From Protoeuglena noctilucae (lineage: Eukaryota): a DNA stretch of 64,000 nt. The stretch lies in assembly GCA_958009085.1 (NCBI GenBank), contig OY253668.1, positions 1,550,001 through 1,614,000 on the forward strand, written 5' to 3'. Made by a program: the position numbers and the translations under genes. A model generated the notes under the pieces. It saw only the letters and a list, made by a program, of their open reading frames with translations. It did not search any database and was not told the DNA's origin. Within the stretch, counting starts at the first letter, position 1. The number at the start of each line of letters is the position of its first letter. Shown here in pieces: positions 1 through 11,528 of this stretch.

Positions 1-3000
1 CCGGGAAGGCAGACAGGCCAGCGCCGGCCGGTGGATCCGCGCAGGTGCAGCCCTAGGCGTCCCTTGTGCCCCGCTGATCGCGTGCCGGCCTCGCCCTGCC
101 CTCCCTGACGACTCTTCCATCCTGGCCGCGTCCCCCACTCTCCGCAGAGCCAGGGTGGCGAGTCGCGCCTCAGGCGCAAGCGCGTCTCGCCTGCTGGCAG
201 TCGGGGTGGGTCTGCCTTGGTGCGTGGTGGGGACGCTGGGGCTGCTGAAATGGGTGGCGACGCGGTGACGGAGCCAGGAGATGAGGGTCTTGATGACGGC
301 CTTCTCGCCGACCGGGTTCCGGGGGAGGATAGGGCCCCCGGGGCCCGTGGGGTGGGCGGCGCGAGTGGGGTGGCTGAATATGGGGCGGTCGAGGGCGCGG
401 AGATGGCTCCGCGTGGCTTGGCGGGGGAGGGTCTGGGCTTTCGCCGTCGAGAGGGGGCCTGGGTTGCGGAGGGCGGCAAGGGAATGGGTGGCATGGAGGC
501 CCAGGGGCCCTACGAGGGGTCGCCCCAGTCCGCGGTGGCGACGATGCAGTCTGGGGTCACGGAGGAGCTTGGGGGGTGCGTGGGGGTGGCGTGTGCGGAG
601 CCGGGCGAGTGCGAGGCGAACGAGGATGGGTCGGGTGTGTCGGTGCACGGGGCGGGCGTGGGGCCTCGCCACATTCCGGGGTCGGGGGACGGGAGGGGCG
701 AGGAGGGTGCGGGGGCGTTGGAGCTGGGCGGTAAGGGGGACGGCAAGGCGGGGACAGGCGCCCGCAGGGCGGCGGGGACGAGCGAGGCGACCGCGGACGA
801 GGGCACTGGGGTTCTGCCGGTGAGTGCGTCTGTGAGGGTCGGATGAGAGGATCGCTGTCAGGATGCTGTCGCTACGAGCAGTGCGTTGCACATCGCGTAG
901 GATGCGCCACCTGCAACCGATTCTTGCCAGCCCACCGCTTGTGGCGGGTCCCGCTGGCCCGCTGCGGGCTCCATCGTTTTGCCACCCTACCCTGGCCGTC
1001 GTCCCCGGTTCCCGCAGCGCCAGCGCAAGAACCGCAGCACCCGGCGCGACATGGCCAACATGACCAACGCGCACGTGGTGAAGCAGAAGTGGACGGAGGA
1101 GGAGGTGCGGGCACTCAAGATGGGCGTGAAGCGTTTCGGGGTGGGGCGCTGGCGGCACATCCAGAACGACCCGGTGCTCGGGGAGATCCTGGCGTGCCGC
1201 AGGTGAGCGGCGGGTTTCGATTGTGCGGCCGGGGTCGCGCCGGACAGGCTCAGCACGAGCGTCTTGTTTAAGACGCTTGTTTAAGACGCCATGAGAACCC
1301 AGGCCGCTCTCGCTTCGCCGCAGCAACGTGGATTTAAAGGACAAGTGGCGCAACCTCACGAGCGTCCCACAAGTGAAGCGGAGGCGCCAGTGGGCGGCGT
1401 CCGCGGAGGCCGGGGGCAGCGTCGGCGTCCCACCGACGCCGGGGCCGCTCCCGCTCTTGACGGGGTTTCGGCCCCCGCTCCCGCCCTGCTCGCTGCCGCC
1501 GCTCCCGCCGGGTCTCCTCGGCTCGCAACTGCTCAAGGGCATCGAGCTGCCCGCACTGGACCTGTCGGCGCTCACGATCCCCCCGGAGCTCTCTGCGGGA
1601 GGGCTCCCGAGCGGCCCGGCGTCTGCCGAGTGGCCCATGGCCGTGCTGCCGCCCGCGCCCGCCGACCCCTCGCCCGTCGACTCGACGCCGCACAGTGCGG
1701 GGAGAGGCGCGGGGCGCGGCGGGCGCTCCCGCGGGCGCGGGCGTGGGGCGGGCGTGCGCCGCGCCTCCCGTGCCGCCTCTGCGCCCTCGACGGCGGGCCG
1801 CACCGCCCGGAGTAGTGACGGCGCCGGGGCTGGCAGCGACCGGGACGACCTCTCGGAGGGCCTCGTCCTCGCGGCCATGATGGAGCTGGGCCGGGGGGGC
1901 TCGGAGGCGTGCGGGGACGCGCCCGTGTCTGGGCTGGGCCCCTCACGCCCGAGCAAGGCGGACACCGAGGTGCGCGGCGCGTCCGTCAGCGTCCACGGCG
2001 CGGCGTCAGCTGGGGTGGACGCCTCGGGCGCAGCCCTGGGGGACGCCGACGCTGCGGGAGGGGCCGAGGTGTGGAGCTCTCCGAACCCCAAGCGGGCCCG
2101 GACGGACGCCAAGCCCGGTGAGTCGCGAGTCTGAGAAACCGCGGAGCGTGGGCGCACTCTTTGTGATGCCGTTCGACCACAGCTGCCCGATGTGCACTTA
2201 GGGTGACCCCACCGGCGTGTTCTTGAATCGCAGGGACGGCTGCCGCGCCGTCGCTGGCCCGCATGCCCTTCCCGGCGCCGCTCTCCGTCCCACCGGTGGA
2301 TGTGCAGTGGGGTGGCAGGGCGGACGATGACCCGATGCTCACTGCGACGGGGCCCACGCCCGCTGCGGAAGTTGGCGACTGGTCCCGCCCGCTGACCCCC
2401 CTCGGCGACGGCCCTGCCGCGGGCGCTCACGCGGGGGAGCTGGCGGGTGTGGGCTTCCTGCCCGGCCGTGCGCTTCCCGGGGCGCTGCGGGCGGAGGCCG
2501 TCTGCCTGTCGAGGTGCGCTGGGTGGGCCGTATGGGCTAGTTAGTAGCTTCGGACCATGCACCCGGACGTCGGCAGCGACGGGCGTGTATGTCGGCCTGA
2601 CGCGCCCCGCCCTCCGCCCCACGCAGGGCCGAGACGCCCCGTCCGCCGTCGCCGTCGCCTGGCGACCCCATCGTCGAGCTGCGGGCCGCGCTGGGCGACG
2701 TGCTGGTGGCGGCCGCGCTGCCGACGCTGCGGGGCGAGGACCTGGCCGTCGCGCTCCCGCACCTCCGCACGGCGGCGCAGGCGCTGCGTGCGCGGGCGGG
2801 CGCCTTGACCCCTCTCCCCGGGAGGGACGGCGAGGTGGCGCCGGCCTCGGCCGAGAGTCCGCGGCAGGGGAGCACGCGCGCGGGGCGTGGCATGGGCGGC
2901 CGCCGCAGCAGCGTGGGTATGAGCAGCCAGTGCGAGGCGTCGGGGCGGCCGATGCAGATGCAGCAGGGGCCCGTCGCCTGGGCCCCGGGGTCCTGGAGTG

Positions 3001-3137
3001 GTGCGGGGGCCCGGACGAGTGACCGGGCAGAGGGCGGCGGCGAGGCGGAGTTCGAGGACCGCCGGGAGGCGCCCGGGCCCATCGCTCTCTTCACCCCGGT
3101 GCTGGCGTCGTGCGGGGGCCAAGAGGCGTGGCATTGA
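1..3137 (+). CDS. Telobox-type single MYB domain protein (TRF-like/TRB-related telomere-repeat-binding family); 5' end lies outside the window
   Basis: Frame-consistent exons <1-44, 148-819, 1018-1202, 1324-2117, 2234-2513, 2627-3137, all joined by GT-AG introns. Splicing 1202^1324 rebuilds KQKWTEEEVRALKMGVKRFGVGRWRHI...RSNVDLKDKWRNL, the telobox signature. The rest is low-complexity. Confidence 0.85.
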
Positions 3138-3765
3138 GCGCGAGAGCGAGCGCGAGTGGTTTGGCATCTGTCTCACCATGGGAGAGCGCATGCAGAGTGT
3201 TGTGCGTGAGGCTTTGACGCTGAGAGATGTGATGGTCCGTGCATCCGTGCTTTCCCGGTGCTTTCCCGCTTTCCCTGAGAGATTCGCTTGCTGCGGTTTG
3301 GCGCTGCCGTGACGACTCTGTCGATTTGATCGTGGCCATTTTTCAAACACATCGCACGTCGATCGGCATGTGCGTGTCACACACGCACTGCTAGTGTCAC
3401 AAATCGCAACAACCCATCGCAGCTCGCCGTCCGTGGCGTGCTCGCCTCCGCAGATACCAGCACCCATAGCTAAGCCACAGCAGAAAGGACAAGGAGACAA
3501 TGGCAGGTGAGAAAGGACAAAAAAACGAAACGATGCTGTCAAAACACTCTCCTATGTGCAGTAAGTGAGTGGTCATGTCGCTGCTAGGCTGAACATGATC
3601 GCCACAACTACGATGCTACGCCTACCTGTCACATGAGGAGCATGCTGCTCCCTGCGCACACATGGCCATGCTGCCATGGTGCGACGCTCTCCTACAACTG
3701 AGCATGCTTACGATCCACACATGTTGCACCGCCATTCATGCTGCAGGCGTGCGTCTGTAAGCACC

Positions 3766-6372
3766 TCAGCACGACTGGTTGTACGTCAGCGAGATGGCAT
3801 CCAGCAGATTGCCTAGCGTAGATGTCGTGGGGTCGCCCATAAACCGCAGCGTGTACAGTCCCGGGGTGATGTCTGCGAGGGCAAGGTGGCGAGGGAGTGA
3901 GTTCGACGTCCCCATGCCCCTGGCTGTGACGGTGTCACAGCAGCCGCTCGACGCGCGTGGCCGCTCACTCTCCAAGACGAGGCAGTACTGGGTGAAATCC
4001 GTGGACGACGGCGTGTAGCCGCCCCCGATCGTCGCGATGATGTTGGAGTTGAGGGAGACGTTGCCCTGGGTCGCCAGGAAGGTCGAGGTGGCGGCCGAGA
4101 TGGTGGGGAAGTCGCTGCCCGTCCCGGGCTGCGTGACTGCCAGGTTGGCCACCTCGGGGCCGAAGAGGACGTCCATCCGCTCGCTGTCCGGGCTGACCCG
4201 GGCGCGGTAGAAGAAGGTCAGCTTGTACTTGCCCGAATAAGGCAGCACGACGTCCTGCATGACGTCCCACGGCGTGTAATGACTGCGGGGTGTGCGGGGT
4301 GCGAGTGAGGCGTGAGATGTGTCCCTTGTATGCCACATACGAGCAGCATCCAGGCTGATGGAGCAGGAGAGGCCAGTGGCCACCCATATGCCACCCACCC
4401 ATCGGAGTTGAGCTCCACCAGCTGCTTGCCGTCGGGGGCAACGGCACCGTTGAACCCAGTGTACCAGACCTCCAAGGCATTGTACGACGTCATCGTGCCG
4501 TCGCACGTGGAGCAGCTGGGAGCACGAAAGGGATCGAGCTGTGAAACACCCTGGGTGCTTTGCAGTGTTGGGCACGCACGCATCACAACCACCGGCAGGT
4601 GCTCATCTCACCTGACGGGGAGGTTCGGGGCGCTGGTGTACCAGTAGTTGATTAACGTCGTCCAAACATAGCCGCTGGTGACCACGGACGCCTCCTCAAA
4701 GCTCCAGTTCCTGACCAAGTTCACCGGGTAGCTCTGGCACAACGGCACGGTGGCGGACTCCAGCACGTCCTCGATCTCGCACATGTGCGCGCGGGAGATG
4801 ACCTGCTTGCCCGTGTCCGAGCCCTCGTCCCGCAGCTGCCTCATGGCGTCCTTGACGCACTCCTTGAAGTCGCTGCGGCCGCAGGGACAGCCATAGACAC
4901 TCGGACTCCCATGGTGCAACAGCGCGATGCAAGAGACGAGACGTGCCATGCCTCCCAAAGACACGGCTGGAACTCCCAACCGATTGCACCTCGCAACTCC
5001 ACCGCCCGTGCTTCACTGCACCCGGCACGCGGTGTACCGCCAGCGTTGCTCGCTTGCTCACCTGACGTTGTCCGACTGGGACGCCTGGCAGCAGACCTGG
5101 GAGACGGAGCACCCTGCGTTCGAGCCTGACTGGAACACTGCGTTCTTGCGGCCACTCAGGGCTATCTGCAGGCGCAGAGAGGCAGAAACGGCTGTTTACG
5201 TGTGCACCGAGCACGAGCACTGAAAGCGACTGTGATGATGCGCTGTCGCCCTCACCTCATCGTAAGCAAAGGTGTCCGGGCACTGATCAATCGCGTCCGG
5301 CACGCCATCTCCGTCGGTGTCGGGAGAAGGAGGGCCCGGGAAGGGGACGGACGTCTGGACGATGAACTTGCCCGTGCTGGGAACTGTCTCCCAGAAGAAG
5401 CCACGGATGCGCATGTAGAGCGTGCCCTGCTGGCTCGCGTCTGCGTACGTGACCTGGGCCTTGAACCCTGCATCCCACCACGTGTAGCCCGTGCCAAAGA
5501 TGTTGCCGTACGTGGCGCCCGCGTTGTCGTCGATATCGTCCACGCAGCCGAACGTCGTCCCGGCCGCGTCTGTCAGAGACCAGTAGACCTGCACCACCAT
5601 GTCGGCCGTCATGTCGAAGACGACCTGAACGTCGATGGGCGTCCCGGGGGACGTGTTGGGGACCGGCAGCGCGTAGACGTACTCCTGCGCAGGAATAGGT
5701 GCAGGCGAGCGTGAGACGCACAGCCGCAACACCGTCCCACCCGCCCGCCCTTGTTGCCACGTGCCACTCATATCCTCACATCACACCACCCCCCGACATC
5801 ACACCCCCCCCCCCCCATACATAGCACACTCACGTCCTCGCCATCAAAGATGCCGCAGGCCAGGGACGCCGCGCCGTTCTGAGCCACGCATGCCCCGTAG
5901 TCGTAGACCTGTTTCACGTTGGCAGGGACCCCTGGGAGGACGTCACGGTTCGCACCGCACCCCGTCACCGTCGCGTCCGTCGTGGGGAAGTCGCTCTGGG
6001 TGTCGTACATGAGCGTCAGGACGGAGTCGTAAGGGATGGGCGGGTTGGCCAGCATGCGACGGGCTGCCCCAGTTGCAGAGAGGGCCGGGCAATCGCACGT
6101 GCCGGTCTCTTCGCAGCCCAGGGGAGGAATCCAGTTCGCACATGCGACCTGCCTCTTGTAGTCCTCATAGCAGGCCCCGCCGTCGCTGAACACGCTGGGG
6201 AACGCACACACAGACTGGGTTTGGGCGAAGGATCCTGCGATCGGCACGCAGGTGGTCATCGCGTCAAGCAGTGCTGGGGGCCCCATTCGAAGTGGTTTAT
6301 CCGCGCGAAGTGTCGCTCACCCGTGGCGATCGCGAGGGATGCCGTCGCTGCGAGAAGGAAAGTCGATGCCAT
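3766..6372 (-). CDS. Secreted Cys-rich multidomain protein: signal peptide, PPC-like beta domain, thrombospondin type-3-like Ca-binding motif, C-terminal DUF642/galactose-binding-like domain
   Basis: Spliced N-terminus MASTFLLAATASLAIATG|SFA-QTQ reads as a signal peptide. Motif DTDGDGVPDAIDQCPDT. C-terminal NLVRNWSFEE...LEVW...APDGKQLVELNSD...YKLTFFYRAR...LRFMG...GNLLDAISL. Multiple GT-AG introns. Domain names are by resemblance only. Confidence 0.7.
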
Positions 6373-6645
6373 CGCCGGTTTAAGGCCCCCCGGCGGGTTG
6401 GATGCGGCGGATTTCGCGAGTGTGCGGGGTTAATTGCCGCTCTCTGCCGCTGTCGGCCTAACCGCCTCCTTGACCGGGCCCCCGCGTTGTGCGCAGCCTT
6501 GTGCCCAGCAGCGCAACACAGAGGCCGCGGGGAGCTTGCAGGCCCACGATTCAATTGTCATCGTCAGAAAAGCTTCGCCAGTTCAAGATTCTCCTCGAAT
6601 CCTTTGCCTGCCCTGCGCTGTCGACCCGCTGTCCAAGGAGAGCAT

Positions 6646-8232
6646 TCACGTGTCCACGCGCTTCGCCTTACTCCGCGGCATGACGCCCACCATCCGCATG
6701 TACCACGCCTTGACCTCCTCGCCCTGCGTGGGTCGGGGCCCCTGAGCTCGCTGAAGCTGCGCCAGGCGCAAGAGAACGGCACTGTTGTGCAATGGTTCGT
6801 CCCCTCACCTCCATCAGCTCCACGAACGTGTCGGTCCCCCGCACGGCCTGCAGCACGCCAAACACCGACAGGTCCGCGATGTTGGGCCGGTCGCCGCCCA
6901 TGAAGGGCTTGCCCTCGAGGCCCGCCACCCACTCGTCCGACAGCCTGCGGGCGCCGCTCGCCTGCCGTGGGCACCCGAGACGCCGCGCATCGTCCCCGCC
7001 GCAAGTGCCCCAGGGTACCCCAGGGTATCACGCAGACCAGTCCTCACCGGAACAGCTGACCCCGCACATCCGCGTCGAGCTGGTACTTCCCAATCATGCG
7101 CTTCGCGATGAAGTACATCATGACCGCCCCCACGTACTGGACCGTCCACGCCTCCCAGGCGCCCCAGTGGCACTCCCGCGATATGTAGTCGAAGGTCTGC
7201 AACGACTCGGCCCACGTCCGGTAGATGTTGACCGTGATGACCCTCACGAACTTCTCGTCGCTCCACTTGCGCCACTCCAGCGCCCGAGCCCTCTCCTCCG
7301 CGCTGGGCGGGCGCTCCTTCCTGCCCTGCCCTCTCCCGAACCACGAGCCCCCTTCCCCCGCCTTCCGCTCTGCCTTCCCTCCCTGCACCCCCTGCTCCCT
7401 CGCCGCCTCCACCACCCGGTCCATGATGACGTTCGACTCGTTAATCACCTCCCCATCCCCCACCAGCACCGGCACCTTCCTGTACTCACTGCCCAAACTT
7501 TTCAGCTGTCGCTTGGTCACGGGGTTGACCTCCACGACCTGCAGTGGAAGCGGAAGAAGCTGCTACATCGGTCGGCTGGCGATCTGCGCCTAGAAAAAGG
7601 CCAGTGCGCACACAAACCGGTGGCGAACCATGCCTAGCATGGACCTTGTAGGGGACTCCGTAGTAATCCAGGGCCGCCTTGGCCTTGCAGCAGAAGGGAC
7701 AGACCTCGTACTGGTACAGCGTCACATCCCCGCTGAGCCCGGACCAGCGGGGCGCGGTGCTTGGTGCAGAAGGCGTGTCAGCCAGCGAGGAGTGGCCCAC
7801 CGCCGCGGCAGCGCCGGTCAGCGCCAGGGCCCCGGAGGCAAATCCCCAGCGGCTACTGCTATTGCCGTCGCCGCCGCTGCTTGTCCCGGCGCTGGCGGCA
7901 GTGCCCGAGGCGAGTGGCCGCGACAATGCCTGCAGCGCCGCTCCGCGCTGGGCGGACGCCGACGCCCACGAGCTCGACGCCGCGCGCGCGAGCGCAGATG
8001 TTGCGTACCTGCAACCGGGGAATCGCGGATTTTCCATCGCGCCCCACGCTGCCACAGGCTGTTCGCGCAATGGCTTGGCAAGCCGTTTCCGCCCCAGAAA
8101 AGGCGCCTCCTCGGGCGCCATGAACCCCTGATACAGCGTCGATCATACAACCATGCAGTGGCTTGCAGGCGACCCCCACATGCTCCTCGCATTGTATTGC
8201 GCGGGCAACGCGGGCAACGCGCACCTCAGCAT
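6646..8232 (-). CDS. PTGES2: Prostaglandin E synthase 2-like glutaredoxin/GST-fold protein with a mitochondrial-type presequence
   Basis: LYQYEVCPFCCKAKAALDYYGVPYK|VVEVNPV...YRKVPVL...FMGGDRPNIADLSVFGVL. First mini-exon MLR| joins YATSALARAASSSW. Stop at 6646-6648. Confidence 0.9.
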
Positions 8233-8574
8233 CCGCCTCCGTGGCGCCAAATCCACGCCAAGCCTATATATGCGGTGAAGATGTGAGCTATGTGCGTCCG
8301 CCGCGGCGGTACTTAAGATCGGCGTGAAGACGCGGCGCTGAGAGAGGCCGGGGGGGCTGGGACAGGAACGTGCCGTCTTGGCTACTGAACCAAGCTTCAG
8401 CGCATCCCACGCGCGACATTGCAGCGATAAAGGGTTTGGATGCGTGCACGCCGCCCGCATCAGGCATCAACACCCCACCTTTGGCGCCAGAGCAGGAAAC
8501 GGCGACGAGATCAAGACCTCCGCGACAGAGCAGGATCCCAGATTGGTTCATCTGCAAGTCCATGAGTCAGCCAG

Positions 8575-10472
8575 ATGACCGGTCTGTGCCTGCACCGCCA
8601 CCATGCGTGCGTTGCTTCCGTTTTCATCCATCGCACCGTGCGCCCTCTGACGCGGCCAAACCTGGGTGTCCGCGCGCGTATCCTCGCGCGCTGCAAGCAA
8701 GATAATGACGATGGGGAGGCGGACAAGCCTGACATTGAGGAGCTCGCGCGGAGGCTGTCGCGGGAGGTGCCCAGCACTGCGCAATGGATATTTGGGGACG
8801 GCCTAAGAATGTGTGGGGGCCCGCCCCTCGCACATATGAATCCCGACGTGTTCGCAGGCCAAGAGGCGTCGGATGGAAGGCAGGGAGGCGGAAGGGGAGC
8901 CGGACAGGGGGCAGGAGAGCAGCCTGGACAGCCTGGGGCGCATCCTCGGCGACTCTTCCACCGATGACGCCGATCTGTACGCACCGGAGCGACCAGAGGA
9001 CGCGTTACGAGCGCGTGCCGAGCTTGGCGACGGCGGCTTCATCATGCAGGACTTTGAGCTCGTGAAGAGGCTGAGCATCTGGTCCGCCCAGGGCATGACG
9101 GCCGGCCCTCTTCGTCTATCAGAGGGCGGGGGCATCACGCAGCGATCCGTCGCTGGGCGGACCGTGGGCATCGTGACGTATGCCGCCAACTACGTGTCGG
9201 GTGAGTAGGGACCGGGGCAGCGCAAACGCCCTTAGCTGCCAGACGGGGACCCTCTGGTCACCCACCCACTGCGTCCTACCTCGTGCGCAGGGAGGCCGTT
9301 TGAGGGCCCAGTGCTGACGTTGCTGAAGGAGTACCCCCCAGGAACGAGGCGCGTTGGGTGGAACGAGATACGCGTCGCTTCTAGGCTTCAGGACGGCCTC
9401 CCGAAACGCGACGAGAAGTGGAAGTGCGCGGCGTCCGATCCCGAGGTGCCACGGCGAGCTGGAGCCACCTGCCACCGCAGGGGATCGGCGAGGCGATGCG
9501 ATGTTAACCCAATGACATCCCGGCCATCTGCTGCGCCCGCAGCGTTCCCCGGACGCGGCAACGTCGCCCATCCTCGGCTTCTTCAGTGGACCGTCCTCGC
9601 GCGATGCCATGTTCTTTGCGTCAGCTGAGGGTGGCGCTGCGTTAGAGCCAGAGAGCCTGTACGTGGTGCAGAAGTGGGAGGGTCTTCAGCCTCTCAGCCT
9701 GGTCCTGTCTGGGATGGGGCCTTTCACGCCGGCAACAGGTCGGGCAGCGGGGGGCAGCGATTCGGAAGAAGCAGGGACGCCGTGGAGCTTCATGCGGGGC
9801 TTGATGGCGGGTGGGGCGGGCAGCGGGGCAAACGGGGGTGTGGCGCCCCGGGAGCGGTGGCTTGCTGCCGTCGTGGCTAAGGCATTCCGGAGCGTCACAT
9901 CCATGCACGCCCGCGGGGTGTACCACGGGTCGCTGTGCAGCGAGGTGGTGTTCGTGTCGGGCGGCGAGGCGCTCGTGCGGAGGTCCGCGTCAGACCTGCT
10001 GGTCCGCGTGCACAACCTGGGCTTCGCTCAAATGAGCGAGGATGGGCAGGTGGGTGCGCGCCGCTCCCCACCACATAGGCGGGGCCAGGCTACGAGTTTC
10101 CGGCAGCGAGTCACGGCTCGGCGCCGTGATCCGCAGGGGACGGACGCGGATCTAGCACAGCGGGACTGGCAGGACGTGGCGCTCCTGGTGCTCGAGGCCT
10201 CGCTGTCGGCGCTCTCGACGGACGAGGGGGTCCGCGGTGGGGGCAAGCAGTCCCTGTCACTGCTGCTCGACACGATGCGGGGGAACGTGGCTGACCTCCG
10301 CGAGTACCTGGAGCAGGAGCCCGCGTGGGAGCATGCGGTGGCGTTCCTGTCGCGGAGAGATGGCGCGGGGTGGGCGCTGCTGGAAGACTTGGTTGCGGGA
10401 GGGGCGCAGGTTGCGAAAGAGGACAGCAGCGGGGGTGCGGTGGACCAGTGGCTAGGAGACTTGCTGGCGTAG
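8575..10472 (+). CDS. Plastid-targeted protein-kinase-fold protein, STN7/STN8-like, probably a pseudokinase
   Basis: Transit-like N-terminus. LLKEY...NEI; HARGVYHGSL in place of HRD; VHNLGFA in place of DFG/DLG. C-terminal AVAFLSRRDGAGWALLEDLV resembles the STN7/8 LDxxxGxGW segment. Four introns. Confidence 0.65.
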
Positions 10473-10570
10473 GGGCGCAAGAGGAGTTTGCTGTTGAGGT
10501 GGAGGATACGCTTCATGGGAAGGGCATACGAGTTCAGCAAGGCCTGGCACACTCTGAACCTGCAGGCGCG

Positions 10571-11189
10571 TCACGCCTTGTTGGCAATCAGTTTCTCCAG
10601 CTCTGCGGTGACCTGCTCCTTGTTCAGTCCCGACACTCCGACCGCCCTCTCCTGGCCCATCGCTGCGAGCGCGGGCGGCGAAAGCATTGGCCCTGCGCGC
10701 CTGGCCGCCGACATGCAGAGATTCCGTAATGCCTTGTGCATCTCACCGTATCTTGCGATCAACCGCGGGGCCACGCCTTCCGCCTCCCGCACGAGGATGG
10801 GGAACCCGGGATTCGCCTTCTTGAGGTCCACTGCGGGACGGGGCAGGCCGCTTTCGGCTCGCACACGCCACGATACGATAGCGTGTTACCCACAAAAACC
10901 GCGCAGCGCAGGTTACGGGGCATCTGCGGCCCAGGAGACCACAGGGTCCCGGGCTTTGCAAGGCCGCCAGGGGACCCAGCGGGACGCACCGTACATGGTC
11001 TTCACGAAGTCCCTGACGCCCTCAGATGCAGGTGAGGATTGGCACAAGTGAATCCTGCAGTCGCAACGGGGCTTCAATCGGGGACCGTCGCGCACGTGTT
11101 TATGCACGGCGAATTCCACCCGCCCTTCGCGCGCAGACGCACCTCAGCTCATGCAGGCTCTTGCTCAACCCTGCCAGCCGCGAGGCCAT
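10571..11189 (-). CDS. NDUFA2: Mitochondrial complex I subunit B8 (NDUFA2)
   Basis: Spliced MASRLAGLSKSLHELR|IHLCQSSPASEGVRDFV...LKKANPGFPILVREAEGVAPRLIARY...GQERAVGVSGL. Confidence 0.95.
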
Positions 11190-11528
11190 GGCGCGGCGGC
11201 CGTCAAGCCTCTCCGCCGGAAGCGCTTTGGCGAGTGAGAAGTGCGGAGGGACTATGGTTCGCCAGCAGCCAGCGGGACCGCGTTGTTGGACAAGTCCAGT
11301 GTTCAGTGACAATCTGATGGGCTGGACCGAGCGATAGTGCCCGAAATGTGACGCATCGGACAAGCCTGACAGCCTGTCTGACGAGGCACACACTTCACAC
11401 TGCGTCCGGCCTTTTCAACGATTCCATGCCTTCAGAGACAGACCACAAGCGTATGGCGACTGTGCACAGCTGCTGAGATGTAGTGTCGGAACACATCCAG
11501 CCCTGCATTTGGTGCGCGCTTTCATGGT

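Noticed and set aside
5775..5820. Poly-C tract with ACATCACACC x2 in an intron (G-rich on the gene strand, with TGATGT motifs)
   Set aside because: Simple sequence with no box D; at most a possible G-quadruplex.
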